Source: Malacoraja senta (Eukaryota). Taken from it: a stretch of DNA of 64,000 bases. Below the pieces are notes generated by a model, which saw only the letters and a program-made list of their open reading frames with translations, did no database searches and was not told the origin of the DNA. Below, in pieces: positions 10,767 through 23,780 of the stretch. Every line of letters starts with the position of its first letter. Position 1 is the stretch's first letter. Both the position numbers and the translations under genes were made by a program. The stretch covers positions 14,510,001 to 14,574,000 of the forward strand of contig CM075988.1 in NCBI GenBank assembly GCA_038087875.1, read 5' to 3'.

Positions 10767-11906
10767 TCAATGTGCCAGCTCTCAAACCACCCTGTTCTTG
10801 GGACAATTCACAGCAGGAAAAAGGAAAAGCAAATCCACAGTTAAATTCCTCTGATAAAGTCAGAGGGCACAGGTCATTTTGGAAGCTGCAACACTAATCT
10901 CAATTTAATTTCATTTCATTTCTTCCAGATCCAAATATACTCTATACAAAAGTGTGATTTAACACAAAGTGATTTGTAGTGCAAGCATTGCTTCAGGGAG
11001 GCTGGCAGTCAGCATTCCTACCAATCCTTTTTTTCAGGTTTCCTCAAGAACCAAAACAAGTTCCAGGTGAAGAAGTTGAGCCCTTGTATCAGGCACTAAC
11101 ACAACAGTTCCGGTCATTTGGACTACTTGCGGTGGGAGCATTGGGTGGGTTCCAGGACATGTACAAATGAGTCTAGGCAGTGGTGGCACTGAAGGAGCAG
11201 GGAACCGGAGACTGAAGTATCAGCTCTGATCTGATCCTTTTCTGGCTGATAGAATGAAATCTTACTGACTACATTCAGCATGAAATAGTTCTTTGACAGG
11301 TGTACACAGCCTTACTGAACTCCTGATGGCAAAATTATGGAACATATACTGCCCACTTCAGATATGTCATCATATGAGAGAGTGAACTCTAACACATGTG
11401 GAACACATCTCAGCTGCAGAATCTGCTGTGGTAAAGGGCCAATGAATTATCTCCAAGGAAACGGTTTTTAACAAATCCCCATGTTAATAACACAAGAGCC
11501 TTAAGATGAAATCACCAAGCAGCTTTCTTAGATAAACAAAAGTATTACCAGATCAGCAGTGATGCAGAAGGCAACATTGCAAACAGTGCATCAGAAGCAC
11601 ATGTTCACTGGCCTAAAGATTGTCAGGAACTTTGGAGATGGTTTCATCAGGAGGAGCCCAGTGACAAAACCATTGACTTTAATTCAATCCTGAGATATAT
11701 TGGCCATCCCCATTTGCACTGAGTAATTCCTAGGCCATTTCACAGGGTTGTTAGGAGTCAACCAGCTTGCTATAGATCCTGTCACAATGAAGACAGATCA
11801 TCTTCTCCATTGGACATTAGTGAGTCAGATGGGTGCTTACAACAATGATGTGACCATTAGCGATGGGAGCATTTAATGCCATGTTAAAAATGTAATTAAT
11901 TGACCC

Positions 11907-12003
11907 AAGGTAGACACAAAATGCTGGAGTAACTCAGCGGGACAGGCAGCATCTCTGGAGAGAAGGAATGGGTGCCGTTTCAGATGGAGACCCTTCTTCA
12001 GAC
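11907..12003 (-). mobile_element. Penelope-like terminal fragment
   Basis: Shared PLE tail. Confidence 0.8.
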
Positions 12004-12059
12004 CTGTATTGAAGTTCGTCTCCATATCATTAGTACAAATTTCTAGGTTATTAGGATAG

Positions 12060-12342
12060 CACATTGACCCAACAGGTAGAGCAGCTGCCTCACAGCACCA
12101 GAGATCCGGGTTCGATCCTGACCTCGGGTGCTGTCTGCATGGAGTTTGCACTTTCTGAGTGTGACCATGCTCCAGTTTCCTCCACTTCCCAAAGATGTGC
12201 TGGTCTGTACGTTAATTGGCTTCTAAATTGTGCCAAGTGTGTGGAGAATAGGAAATTGGGATAACATAGAACTAGTGCGATGGGTGATTCGTGGTCAGTG
12301 TGGACTCGTTGGCCATAAGGTCTGTTTCCAGTCTGTATCTAA
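12060..12342 (+). mobile_element. tRNA-derived SINE, diverged
   Basis: ggtagagcagctgcctcacagcaccagagatccgggttcgatcc head and a diverged core. Confidence 0.8.
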
Positions 12343-13356
12343 TCCAGTTGTGAAACATTACACTCCCATTCCCTGTCTGTGGCTAAATGAATATTGATAT
12401 CACTCACATCTTATAGCTTTTCAGCATTGCTAAGATATTACTTGTTGCAGTTAAATATTGTTTTAAATGGATCATCCCATTAAAATTATTCTCTCTTGTT
12501 CAGCTTTCAACTAAGAAAGCGGCTTTGATGGGTACAGACACATTGCCATCTCTGCTCCAGTCACTAAAGCCTGATTAGTAAATGGCAGTGAATTACGACA
12601 GCTTTGAGCCTTTGGCGTCACCTGTAAACATCATCACCAGCAAAGCAGGTCTTATGAAATGAGTCGCTTTTGGTAGAGATGAAACCTTCATTGATATAAT
12701 GTTATTTAAATGATGTTGGCAATTCTTCACGACAGAGGCGTAATTATTTTAGCTTCCCACAGGTCCTTGCAGATTTTGTCATTAGGAGCAATGAGTGCCA
12801 CAGACTGTGTCTGTTTTAAGGCCAAGCTAATTTGATAGAAATAGATTGGAATCATTATAGTGTAGATAAAATATGTGCAACCTTCACCATGCAGAATGGA
12901 GCTCCTTTCAGCATCAAAACATAGATCGACCACCCACATCACTAATTGGACCTACATCCAAAAAGGGAAATTTGATCAAGAAAGGAGAAAATTGAGAAGG
13001 GAAAAAAAATTTCCATTGGATTATGGACACACTCCAAAAATAACTATCTAGATAAAAAAAATCTGCTGATCACAGAATCATGACAACTTTATGAAAAAAA
13101 AATGTTAAAAATGCAATTAAAATTTTGACTGTTTCCCATATGGGGAATTCTATTTGAATTCAAATTGCCATTGATATTCTCACTTGACCTAATAAATACT
13201 GAGCTGGAATGTGTAGGGGCCAAATTAACTTAAAGAGATTGATACTTCAACAATTATACAACTTGAGCAGGGTATACATTGATTGAGAGTCTCAATAATC
13301 CAGACAGTCGACTGTTGAAACATTGAGGAGGTTTTTCAACCATCCTTTTCCTCCAG

Positions 13357-13952
13357 AAAGTAGACAAAAATGCTGGAGAAACTCAGTGGGTGAGGCAGCA
13401 TCTATGGAGCGAAGGAATAGGTGACGTTTCGGGTCCAGACCTTTCTTCAGACTGATGTGGGGGTGGGGGGGGGGGTTTAGAAGAAGAAAGGAAGAGGCAG
13501 AGACAGTGGGCTGTGGGAGAGCTGGGAAGGGGAGGGAGGGAGAAAGCAAGGACTACCTGAAATTAGAGAAGTCAATGTTCATACCGCAGGGGTGTAAACT
13601 ACCCAAGCGTAATATGAGGTGCTGCTCCTCCAATTTGCGGTGGGACTCAGTCTGGCAATGGAGGTGGTCCAGGACAGAAAGGTCGGATTCGGAATGGGAG
13701 GCGGACTTCTCCAATTTCAGGTAGTCCATGCTTTCTCCATCTTTCCCCTTCCCTTCCCAGCTCTCCCACAGCCCACTGTCTCCGCCTCTTCCTTTCTTCA
13801 TCCCCCCCCCCACCCCCACATCAGTCTGAAGAAGGTTCTCGACCCAAAACGTCACCTATTCCTTTTCTCCATAGATGCTGCCTCACCCGTTGAGTTTCTC
13901 CAGCATTTTTGGTCTACCTTCGACTTTTCCAGCATCTGCAGTTCTTTCTTAA
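13357..13952. mobile_element. Palindromic Penelope-like element
   Basis: Minus arm 13357-~13700 encodes HSESDLSVLDHLHCQTESHRKLEEQHLILRLGSLHPCGMNIDFSNFR. Plus arm ~13704-13952 is its inverted copy. Confidence 0.9.
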
Positions 13953-14869
13953 ACCTTTCCTCCAGAAATGCTGCCGGAACCGTTGAGTTATTCCAGCACT
14001 TTATCCTACTGTTGATGGCTTTTGGAATTGTATTAGACAAAAGCCTTTCCAAATATGTAATAGGCTAGTCAAAATTTGACATCCAGATGAGATGATTATA
14101 TATTATATATGCTTATTATATGTTTAGATACCAACATAAAGCTTATTTAGCCAGAGAATAGTTAAGATGAACATCTCACAAATATGATGTGAATTTAAGA
14201 ATAAAGATGTATTTAAGGAGCAGCCTCCCAAGCACTCAGAGAACACACCAAAAACCTCCACAAAAATCAGTGAATTAGTGAAATTAAACGTTAGGACGAT
14301 TCTTCAGTGGGGCTACCTTCAATCCTTCAATAGAACAATGGTTGCAAGTTTCCTGATGGCGGCAATGTGCAGTGGCTTGCACCTGGGCATTACGAGGCCG
14401 CTGACTGCCTCCCCTATGTGGAGGTGCAGGTCTCTGGGGATCAAGCAGCTGGGTTTTTCCTCTACCTGATGGACTTGCTATTGTTTGTTTTGCATCCCCA
14501 AGTAAGAATTCATAAGCAGCATTTAGTGTCCCGAGCCATTATTTCACACACAGAACATTCCAATGTTCAGGGAACCTCCAAAGTTCACAAAATTATCCAT
14601 CAGCAAAAGTTCTGTGAACAAAACCGTCCACAGATTAAGCTCAGCTGGGAATTTGCGGCACCTATTGACAGTCAACCTATGACTGGCACATTTACCAGTC
14701 AGCTCCTCCCTTTGTGTTTTGTTTTTGCCTTGATTTTGTTATTGAGTTGTAGGAAGCACGAGGACCCAAAGGTAAACTTAACAAAACACATTTTAATTAA
14801 GTGATTAACAGTGAATATTGCTGACAGTCTCTCCAGAGAGGTTGGTTGCATGCAAGCTGGTATTCAGGT

Positions 14870-15020
14870 TATGCCCCTTCCCTCTTTCAATTGGCTTTCC
14901 CATCACGCCCCCTTTCTCCCTCAATCTGTCTGAAAAAGGGTCCCGACCCGAAGCGCCACCTTTCCATGTTCTCCAGAGATGTGTCTTGGCCCACTGAGTT
15001 ACTCCAGTACTTTCTGCCAT
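14870..15020 (+). mobile_element. Penelope-like terminal fragment
   Basis: tctgaaaaagggtcccgacccgaagcgccacc followed by the shared tail. Confidence 0.7.
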
Positions 15021-15495
15021 TGTTCAGGTTGAATACTGCACGCTGGAGTCTCATTCCATAGGGATGAATTTAACTCCAAACTCACTCATCAACCCAAGCA
15101 CTTCACGACTCCATCACTTTGGCTAAAAAAATTGAACCTTCCTGAACTTTAGCCTCGAGCACGAGAGTATTCCGCCAACAAAGAAGCAAACTCCAGTGCT
15201 TACTCACTCTCTCCTCTCCCCTCCCCCCCCCATACCCACCCCCCCCCCCATTGAAATTTGAAATAACAGGACTAATGATAAACAACATACAACATCCAGA
15301 TCCAGGCTGCGTACAAATGAAGCATATGGGCGAAAAAACTACTGAACAAAGTAAGCATGCTAGACTTGGGTGTTTCAAAACAAAGAAGTGGTAAAACCAT
15401 AGTGAATCTTGTCAAAATACTGTCAAAGTAACCTGACTTTTATCAGTTTAACTAAGCAACCTCATTATCTAAAGGGTCACATTTGTAGTTGCTTA

Positions 15496-15790
15496 GGTTT
15501 AGCTTAGAGATACAGCGCAGAATCATTCCCTTTGGCCCATTGAGTCCACACCGACCAGCAATCCCCGCACACTAACACTATCCTGCACACTAGGGACAAT
15601 TTACAATCTCTACCAAAGCTAATTAACCTAAAAACCTGTATGTCTTTGGAGTGTAGGAGGAAACCAGAGCACCCGGAGAAAACCCACGCAGTCACAGGGA
15701 GAACGCACAAACTCCGTACAGACAGCACGCGTGGTCAGAAACGAACCCGGGTCTCTGGAGCTGTAAGGCAGCAACTCTACCGCTGCACTG
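15496..15790 (-). mobile_element. tRNA-derived SINE (HE1/V-SINE-like)
   Basis: Reverse complement of the SINE consensus seen at 6309-6616. Confidence 0.9.
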
Positions 15791-16384
15791 TGGAAATTCT
15801 CAACCCACAATTATACATCAAATAATCAAACAAATATATAAATGTTGTTTACAAATCAATTAAAGTAGCCTGTCTTTTTTGCTAAATTATTTTTGATAAA
15901 ATAAATCCAAATCTTAAACTACTTTCACAGTGACCTAGTTATATTATGGCCTTGCCAAATGTATAAAATCCATTTGTTGAAACTTCCACAAGAATGGGAG
16001 AGATATGAAAAACATTTCATCAACTGAAGCAATCAGGCTATATCTGGATTACATACGTGCAGAAGATACACTCAAACAATGATGTGCAAGATCTTATCCT
16101 TGACATTGATAAGCTCTTTACCGTAATGCAACACATGTAGTGCATTGGTACAGCATAGGCTCTTTGACTGAAAGAAGCAAGGCAAAAATCAATTTTACTA
16201 CGCTATGTGACTTAGGAATATAATACTTCTGTTTTTAATCACATATTGTAAGCTTTAATCTCATCATAAACTACAAAGGATTTTTTTTCTTTTAGGGCCA
16301 TGAAACTGCCTGTGATTTACACTGATTGAAGGCTCTGGAAAGCAAGGATTCTGCTTCAATGTGAATTTTCGCAACATTTTAAAA

Positions 16385-16556
16385 AAAAAGCTGGTAAAAC
16401 CGTAGAAAAAAAGAAACTAGGTCCATTACAACCCATTTCACACGAGTAAATATGCAAATAAAGCCCAAGTAAAGTCACTTTATTTGCATATTTACTCGTG
16501 TGAAATGGGTTGTAATGGACCTAGTTTCTTTTTTTCTACGGTTTTACCAGCTTTTT
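16385..16556. repeat. Perfect 79-bp inverted repeat with 14-nt spacer
   Basis: 16385-16463 is the reverse complement of 16478-16556. Confidence 0.95.
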
Positions 16557-16614
16557 AAAAAAAAAATTAAATAAGAAAAATAAAATTAGCATTTACCCTA
16601 TTAAACACTACAAC

Positions 16615-16830
16615 CTCCGATTGGGTTCCAAACTACATAGTCTTTGGAGCATTATTGTTGCCTTTGCACTATTTTTGTATATTTGTCACTTTGTTGTTTT
16701 ATATATACAATCTTTTTTTTGTAGCTTATTATAGGTTTTACAGAGTACAATGTTTACCTATCTGTTATGCTGCTGCAAGAAAGAATTTCATTGTACCGTT
16801 TTGGGACATATGACAATAAAACACTCTTGA
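16615..16830 (+). mobile_element. Rex1/Babar-like LINE 3' UTR
   Basis: gctgctgcaagaaagaatttcattgt...atatgacaataaaacactcttga, the same tail as 8888-8975 in reverse. Confidence 0.6.
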
Positions 16831-16887
16831 AGCTTATTTTCGGTTTCTTCTACGGTTGAGTTGATTCTCCAATAAATTCACTTTAAA

Positions 16888-17189
16888 AGTTTAGCTTAGT
16901 TTAGAGATACAGTGCAGAAACAGGCCTTCGGCCCACCATGTCAGCGATCCCCATACCCTAACACTATCCTGCACACAAGGGACAATTTACAATTTTTACC
17001 GAAGCCAATTAACCTACAAACTTAGTATGGTTTTGGAGTCTGGGAGGAAACCAGAGCACCCAGAGAAAACCCACGCGGTTACAGGACGAACGTACAAACT
17101 CTGCACAGATAGTACCCACAGTCAGGGGATCGAACCTGGGTCTTTGCCGGTAAGGCAGCAACTCTACCGCTGCATCACCATGCTGCCCC
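16888..17189 (-). mobile_element. tRNA-derived SINE (HE1/V-SINE-like)
   Basis: Reverse complement of the SINE consensus. Confidence 0.9.
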
Positions 17190-18795
17190 ACTAGGGTAAT
17201 CTGGCACAAGTACTGTGGTCCAGGTCTCAGCCTGAGAAATCTGTCGAAGAGTGAGCTTCTCAGATGGTAACCGTATCAGCTCTGCAAGGATACATTTTAA
17301 ATAACGTAAAAAATCTTCCATACAAGTCAACTTATAGAGGTACACTTGCACCACCACTGTGCCAGCATAACACATCAGCACCAATGTTTTCCCTTAATGA
17401 TTTGGTCCAGTGTGCCAGATGATGAACATAGATACTGAGAAACCAGTTTCTGTGTCAGCCACGGGCCTCCTCATTTAGTTTAGCTATTTTTATTGTTGAG
17501 TAATCCCACTGAGCATTAAACACAGCAAATGGAACACAACAGCCATTCCTAATGAACAGGATCATATTACAGATGCTGTAGTTTACTGCTTTTTAAAATT
17601 ATGTTCTTGCATATCAGTCTATAATTACACCACTAAGTCCCAACTTTCACTGAGGGGGAAAAAAAGTCAGATTTTGCGAACGTCTTGATTACTGGCAATA
17701 TTAGTGCCTAGCAACACATGACCTCCTGCCACAATCATTACTAAAATAGTGCTAACTGTCCATCTATAAACAGACTGGGTTGGCAATAACTCCTGAAATT
17801 GTAGCTCTGCTTAGACTCAGTTTCCCAACAATAATGTCATCAGGTAAATGAGCATGAAAACGAAGATTGTCAACTTAAAATCATTTCATTGTCATAACAC
17901 TGATTTGTGCAAGAGAAGCAGTATTTCCATTGATGTCTTCTCGACAGTTTTCTAATCTGCTTTCCTGACACATTAAAAGTCAATGCAGGAAGCAGCATTA
18001 GCAACATACATTTTGCTCACTGAATGGAGTAGAGTTACATGGTGGAGCATTATTAATGCCAATTAACAAAAACTAAAGAGGATGTGGCTATACTGCCATA
18101 CAGTATAACTGGAATTGAAATGCCACTGCACAGTTAGATCCTGGTTTCATTTCAATACATATTTATGAATGTATATGAAACAATTTATTTACTGAATGAT
18201 CAATTATTTGTGGACATGTCGTGTCACTGGCAAGGTCAGTATTTATTACCTATTCTGAAAAAGGTAGCTTTCCGAGCCACTGTGCAAGGGTGGCACAGCA
18301 GTACAGTCAGTGAAGCTGTAGCCTGTAGCTATAGCTGTAGCTGTAGCTGTAGACGCGGGTTCAATCCCAACCTCGGGTGCTGATTGTGCATGGAAGGAGC
18401 CAGCTTGAAAGTGATGCATCAAATTGCCTTCTTTTGTATGGTGATAAATGCCACACAAGGATGCCAGAAGTTGGCCAAAATATAATGCACAATAAACCCA
18501 AGGTGAAAAATAGGCAGTGGAGACATTTGAACTGCTTTTTGAGAAAAAATAGGAATCCTTGCTTTGCTATCTTAAGATTTCATGACAAATTTCCGGTCCA
18601 GTGTTTAAAAAGAGCAAGTGTCAATGTATAAAACCTATCACAATTCAATTAATTTTGGAAAGATGATAGAAATCTCATTAACTAATCAAGTGTTGCTGTA
18701 GCACTCAAAGGATTGAAATAAGTTGTCTGCCATTGCTGCGCCTTAATTCACTGCTGGTAATCCTTGAGAATTCAGCACCTTAAACCCTTCAATAC

Positions 18796-19125
18796 TGTGT
18801 AGGAAACAACTGCAGATGCTGGTTTAGCTCAACATTGGATGCGAAAGTTAACTAGGCAGTAGCACCAAAAATATGTTGGCCCGTGTCTCCCACAAAAGTA
18901 CCCACTTGTGACAGAGACACTGGTACAGGAGTAACTCTGCAGTACAGGCAACATCTCTGGAGTGAAGGAATGGGTGACATTTTGGGTCGAGACCCCTCTT
19001 CAGACGGTCTTGATCCGAAACGTCACTCATTCCTTCTCTCCAGAGATGCTGCCTGTACTGCTGAGTTACTCCAGCATTGTGTCTATCTTGGGTTTAAACC
19101 AGCACTTGCAGTTCCTTCCTCCACA
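18796..19125. mobile_element. Palindromic non-coding Penelope-derived element
   Basis: Two inverted PLE tails meet at ~19005; the left arm is interrupted at ~18830-18925. Confidence 0.75.
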
Positions 19126-19729
19126 TACAGATACATATCTATGAAAATGCAGTTTGGAGGTCATGTAGCAGAGAACATCCAGCTATATAAATGACACCAC
19201 CGCAATATCATCGAGCCCTGGAGCATCTCTGCACTAACATTGCTCCATCGTTCTGCTGCTAACTCCTGGCGGTGGGAACATCATTAATGAAAGTGAGCAG
19301 AAAGAATGCAGCATGGTGCACAGGAAGAGAGCCAAAGGGGATATTGTGAAAATGGTGCCATACAAGGTGGTACAGTCATCCTCTAGTTCATCATTGCGGT
19401 TCAAATTCCACAATGGCTTAAGGCTCAATCCCAACAACCACCCTGGTCTGCATTTCAACAGCCCTCACATTGCAATTTTAACTAAAGATCCACAGGTAAA
19501 TACAGCACTCTGCCTCTGGGTAGGTAACTAAATTATAAATTTTCTTGCATGAAAATTAGGATTAAATGAAATGGTTCTCTCATCTGATCCAAAAAAATTC
19601 TGGAGGCAAATGAGAAGTCAATATCTCAAACCTTTGCTTACTTTGGTGATTGGCTGTTAATGGCAGTTCCATAGTTGGTTGCAAGATCTTAGTTATTCAG
19701 CATGATAACAGGCTTCTCACCCTTCCGAG

Positions 19730-20030
19730 TCCACTCTGATCATTAAGCATCCATTATCATAAATCCCATTTCATTTTCCCCACATTTCCATCAACTCCCC
19801 TCCGATACTTCCCCTCAGATGCTGCTTCTCACTATACACAATTTAAATTGGCCAGTTAACATACCAACCTGTGGATGTTTAGGGTAATGGGAGGCAAGCA
19901 AAGTATCTGGGGGATGCCTACGCAGTCACATGGAGAATGTGAAAACTCCACATAGATAGCGCCCTCTGACAGGATTGAATCCAAGTCACTGGAGCTGTGA
20001 GGCAGCAACTCTACTAGCTGTGCCACTACA
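19730..20030 (-). mobile_element. Old tRNA-derived SINE
   Basis: Diverged reverse complement of the SINE head (ggagctgtgaggcagcaactctactagctgtgccac). Confidence 0.65.
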
Positions 20031-21128
20031 TTTTCATTGACAAGTCCAGCAGATTACAAGCCCCACTGTCACATCAATTTAAACAGGCAAAATGGAGCAA
20101 GATTTAGAGCAGTGAAGAGAAATTGTTTCAAATGGTTGTGGTTTGCTGTTCACTCTAATGAAAGTTGGAGCTTTTTCTTCTCCCAAAGCCCAATGTTGTC
20201 AGGTAATTATAGAACACCTTGAAGAATTGCCCTATTGTTCCGACTGTGTCACAGTTCTGTGTTTACAGCCACTTTTGTCACAAAAACCCATGTACAGGTC
20301 TTCGTGCCATTGCTAATGTATTGATTCAGGTTCAATGGGTCAAGCGACAACATCACCATTTTAAGGATCTAGTACTCAGAGCTGCCACTTACTCTCCTTG
20401 CGTAAATTCTTTAGAATCCATCAAAAAATGATCAAGTACTTTTATGATATGATGAATCACTTTTACTGCCATCAGCAAAAACATCAATGGCAAGTGGATT
20501 TGTCTTCAACTTCACACAAAAAGTCTTCTTGTCACAACCAAGGACAGTTTGACAATCGACAATCAGGAAAGGTTTACTTGCCGAAACATAATCACCGTTT
20601 GCCAACTGTTCCATAGCAAGTCCAGGGCATAGTACAAACACCCTGAGCCAAAGGGCTGAATGGACTTCACATCGGACCTCTCAGGTTCATGCCATCTATG
20701 GATGGCAAACAGCCCACCTATGACTGGCATAATGGGGTTAACAACCTTCACACTATGAAATTTTACACCATTCAATCTCTGTGCTTTATTTACAGTAAAA
20801 CTCCAATAATCCAGCAAATTTAGGGCTTGGCTAGAACTTAACGAGCAGACTTTCCAGTCTATTGCATGCCACTCACATTGATATTCATACACGTTATCAT
20901 TTCATGTTTCTTTGCTATACCAAAGTATTATCAATTTCCCAGTGAATCCAGGAGGTTTGAAGGGTGCAGGAAATATGCAAGGCACTGCAGATACCAATTC
21001 TCGCTGCAAATCTAATTTTCCTGTCCCTTGGTATTCTGGACACCAACCCTGGCTCTGACCACACAACCTGTTTATACTCTGGACCGATGTGTGATCAATC
21101 TGCCAGACCATCAGTGTATCCAAACAGA

Positions 21129-21222
21129 CGGTAGACACAAAATGCTGGAGTAACTCAACGGGACAGGCAGCATCTCTGGAGAGAAGGAATGAGTGACGTT
21201 TCGGGTCGAGACCCTTCTTCAG
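21129..21222 (-). mobile_element. Penelope-like terminal fragment with consensus hammerhead core
   Basis: Minus strand 21222-21195 reads CTGAAGAAGGGTCTCGACCCGAAACGTC; flanked by the direct repeat tatccaaacaga. Confidence 0.8.
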
Positions 21223-21359
21223 CTGTTATCCAAACAGATGCCAGATTATCAGAATTTTACTGTATTTTATAGCATTTATATGTGTTAATAAAAATGTATG
21301 ATCTCGTTATCTTTGAAATAGGCTTTTGCTAAGAGTTCATGCTGACAATCAATATTATC

Positions 21360-21625
21360 ACCCATTAGCACTAATGCTACATTAATCCCATTTTTTATTA
21401 TAGTGACATCCTCATGAACTTCACATTCCCACATCCCATTTCCACCCCCACCACCTACAATACTGCTCTACGCACAACTAAGTCAATTCACACAATTCTG
21501 AGATATGGGAAGAAACCCATATGGTCATGGAGAAAACATGAAAGTACCACACAGATAGCACCCAAGATTGGGAACCTGCATCTCTGGCACTGTGCGGCAG
21601 TAGCTCAACTAGCTGCACACCATGT
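21360..21625 (-). mobile_element. Old tRNA-derived SINE
   Basis: Diverged similarity to the SINE head and core. Confidence 0.55.
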
Positions 21626-23151
21626 TGTGGTAATGTCTTTAAAAACCAACTACCAGTGTTAAGGAATCTCATTACTACCTCATTACAAAATTCATTGTGA
21701 GTTTCCCACAATCCCAAATCCCACAGAAGTCAAATCAACATTTCTAGGTGGTTTTTTTTCTCTAAATAGACAATTTATGTCATTTATTTATCTGGACAAA
21801 TCCTCGAGTTGCTGGAGCAACAGCATCCTGGGACCTGGACCAGTCACATGGCCAAGGGTTTTGACCAAATGTTCAGATGATCCTGGTAAAGTCCCAGAGT
21901 TACCACACACCCCTGGGGTTCGATAGATACGAGTCTCCGGTAGCGTTAGCAAAGCTCTCTGGTGAAACCATCCACCCCTTCTATAAAGTGTAACAATTAT
22001 CAATACCAGTCATCAGAAGCAGTTTCTCAAATTGTACCACACCCGCCAGTTACCAACGATAAATGCAGTGTGGAATGTTCTCAGGTTTTTTTTTAAACAG
22101 GTAATTCTTCTACAATTATGCTGGACTGTTTTGTCAGAATAACATTTCGAGACCTGGCAGTGGCTTTTATCTTAAAATACTTGATGCCCAAATTCAACAT
22201 GTGAACATTGTGAACCATATTGTTCTCTCTTCTGGACATTAGGCAATTAAATTGAAGTAGTCATATCTTAATATTGGTAAGTCAACATGTCTTAAATGAA
22301 TTCTCATGTATTGTCTGCTGCAGTTAAATGTTACTTCATATTCATAATTTGCATGGACTCAGTGGGTGCTGAGAAATAATTTTCCAAATGGGTCCATGAG
22401 GTTCAATTAAACGGTTTCTCTGAAACTGTTTTTGTCATTCCTTAATATAATCTACGTGAAACCTAGAAGACTGCCTATCAAAGTAAACAATATATTCTTT
22501 GCCTTGCCGAAATGAAATAAAAACAATAAATCAAATTATGAGATAAAACAATAAGATGAAAGTAAATAAAAAATCTTTGATTTATTGCTGTTTTATTAAA
22601 TACTTCTCAGCATCACTGGTGATCTTTTCTAACCAGCCAGAGATAAAGTCTCGTGAAAACTCCAGTGAAACTTGATGCAAAGTTGGGTGGGCTTTATATT
22701 CTTTGAATCTTTGCAATCAGATGTTGAACAATGTTCGCAAAACCAAACTAAATGCATTGCGACATTTCACGGGCAGAATGCAGAGTCAAGAAGATGAATC
22801 ACCAATCTCACTCCCCAATGGAGTGCAGTGCACAAAGACAGCAATTGCGTAAAAGTTGGGACATTCTCCCTGAACCATTGTGCCACCAGCAACTCTCCTT
22901 ACCCTGGCACCCTGTGTCATCCTGCACCTGCATTTCCTTCCTACACTAGCACAGACGAGACAAAGGTATCAATTCCAGTGGTATTCCATGGCAAAGTACA
23001 AGAGCTCAGGCAGCTTCTTCCAGATTCTGCAACTAATTGTGTATGTGCAGGCAACTTAAAAGTAGAAACAAGGAACTGCGCATGCAGGTTTAGAAAAAAA
23101 AGACACAAATTGCTGGAGTATCTCAGCATTTCTGGAGAACATGGATAGGTA

Positions 23152-23527
23152 AAGATTGTTAAGGGCTTAGACACACTAGAGGCAGGAAACATGTTCCCGA
23201 TGTTGGGGGAGTCCAGAACTGGGGGCCACATTTTAAGAATAAGGAGTAAGCCATTTAGAATGGAGACGAGGAAACAATTTTTCTCACAGAGAGTGGTGAG
23301 TCTGTGGAATTCTCTGCCTCAGAGGGCGGTGGATGCAGGTTCTCTGGATGCTTTCAAGAGAGAGCTAGATAGGGCTCTTAAAAATAGCAGAGTCAGGGGA
23401 TATGGGGAGAAGGCAGGAACAAGGTACTGATTGGGGATGATCAGCCATGATCACATTGAATGGCGGTGCTGGCTCCAAGGGCCGAATGGCCTACTCCTGC
23501 ACCTATTGTCTATTGTCTATTGTATTG
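23152..23527 (+). mobile_element. CR1 LINE 3' end inserted in a palindromic PLE (23062-23645)
   Basis: ORF MFPMLGESRTGGHILRIR...FFSQRVVSLWNSLPQ and a (tctattg)n tail; PLE arms on both sides. Confidence 0.9.
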
Positions 23528-23780
23528 TAACATTTCAGATCAGGAAGTCTGAATCTATCTAAAGAAGGGTACCGACCTGAAGCATCACCGATCCATGTTC
23601 TCCAGAGATGCTGATGACCTGTTGAGTTATGGCAGTGTCTTTTTTGGGAAGTGTTACAGAGCGATGATAGCAAATAAAAAGTTTCAATATTCAAGTTTGC
23701 CTGCATTGCCTGATTCAGTTCAGTTTTTCAGCCCTATGTTTTTCTTCAGTTTATTTTTTCAGTCCTAAGCAACAGTCTTA

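Noticed and set aside
23140..23545. PLE tail appearing to start exactly at the hammerhead cleavage site
   Set aside because: The PLE resumes after the CR1 (gtaacatttcagatcagg), so this is a CR1 insertion into the PLE and not a retrotransposed cleavage product.
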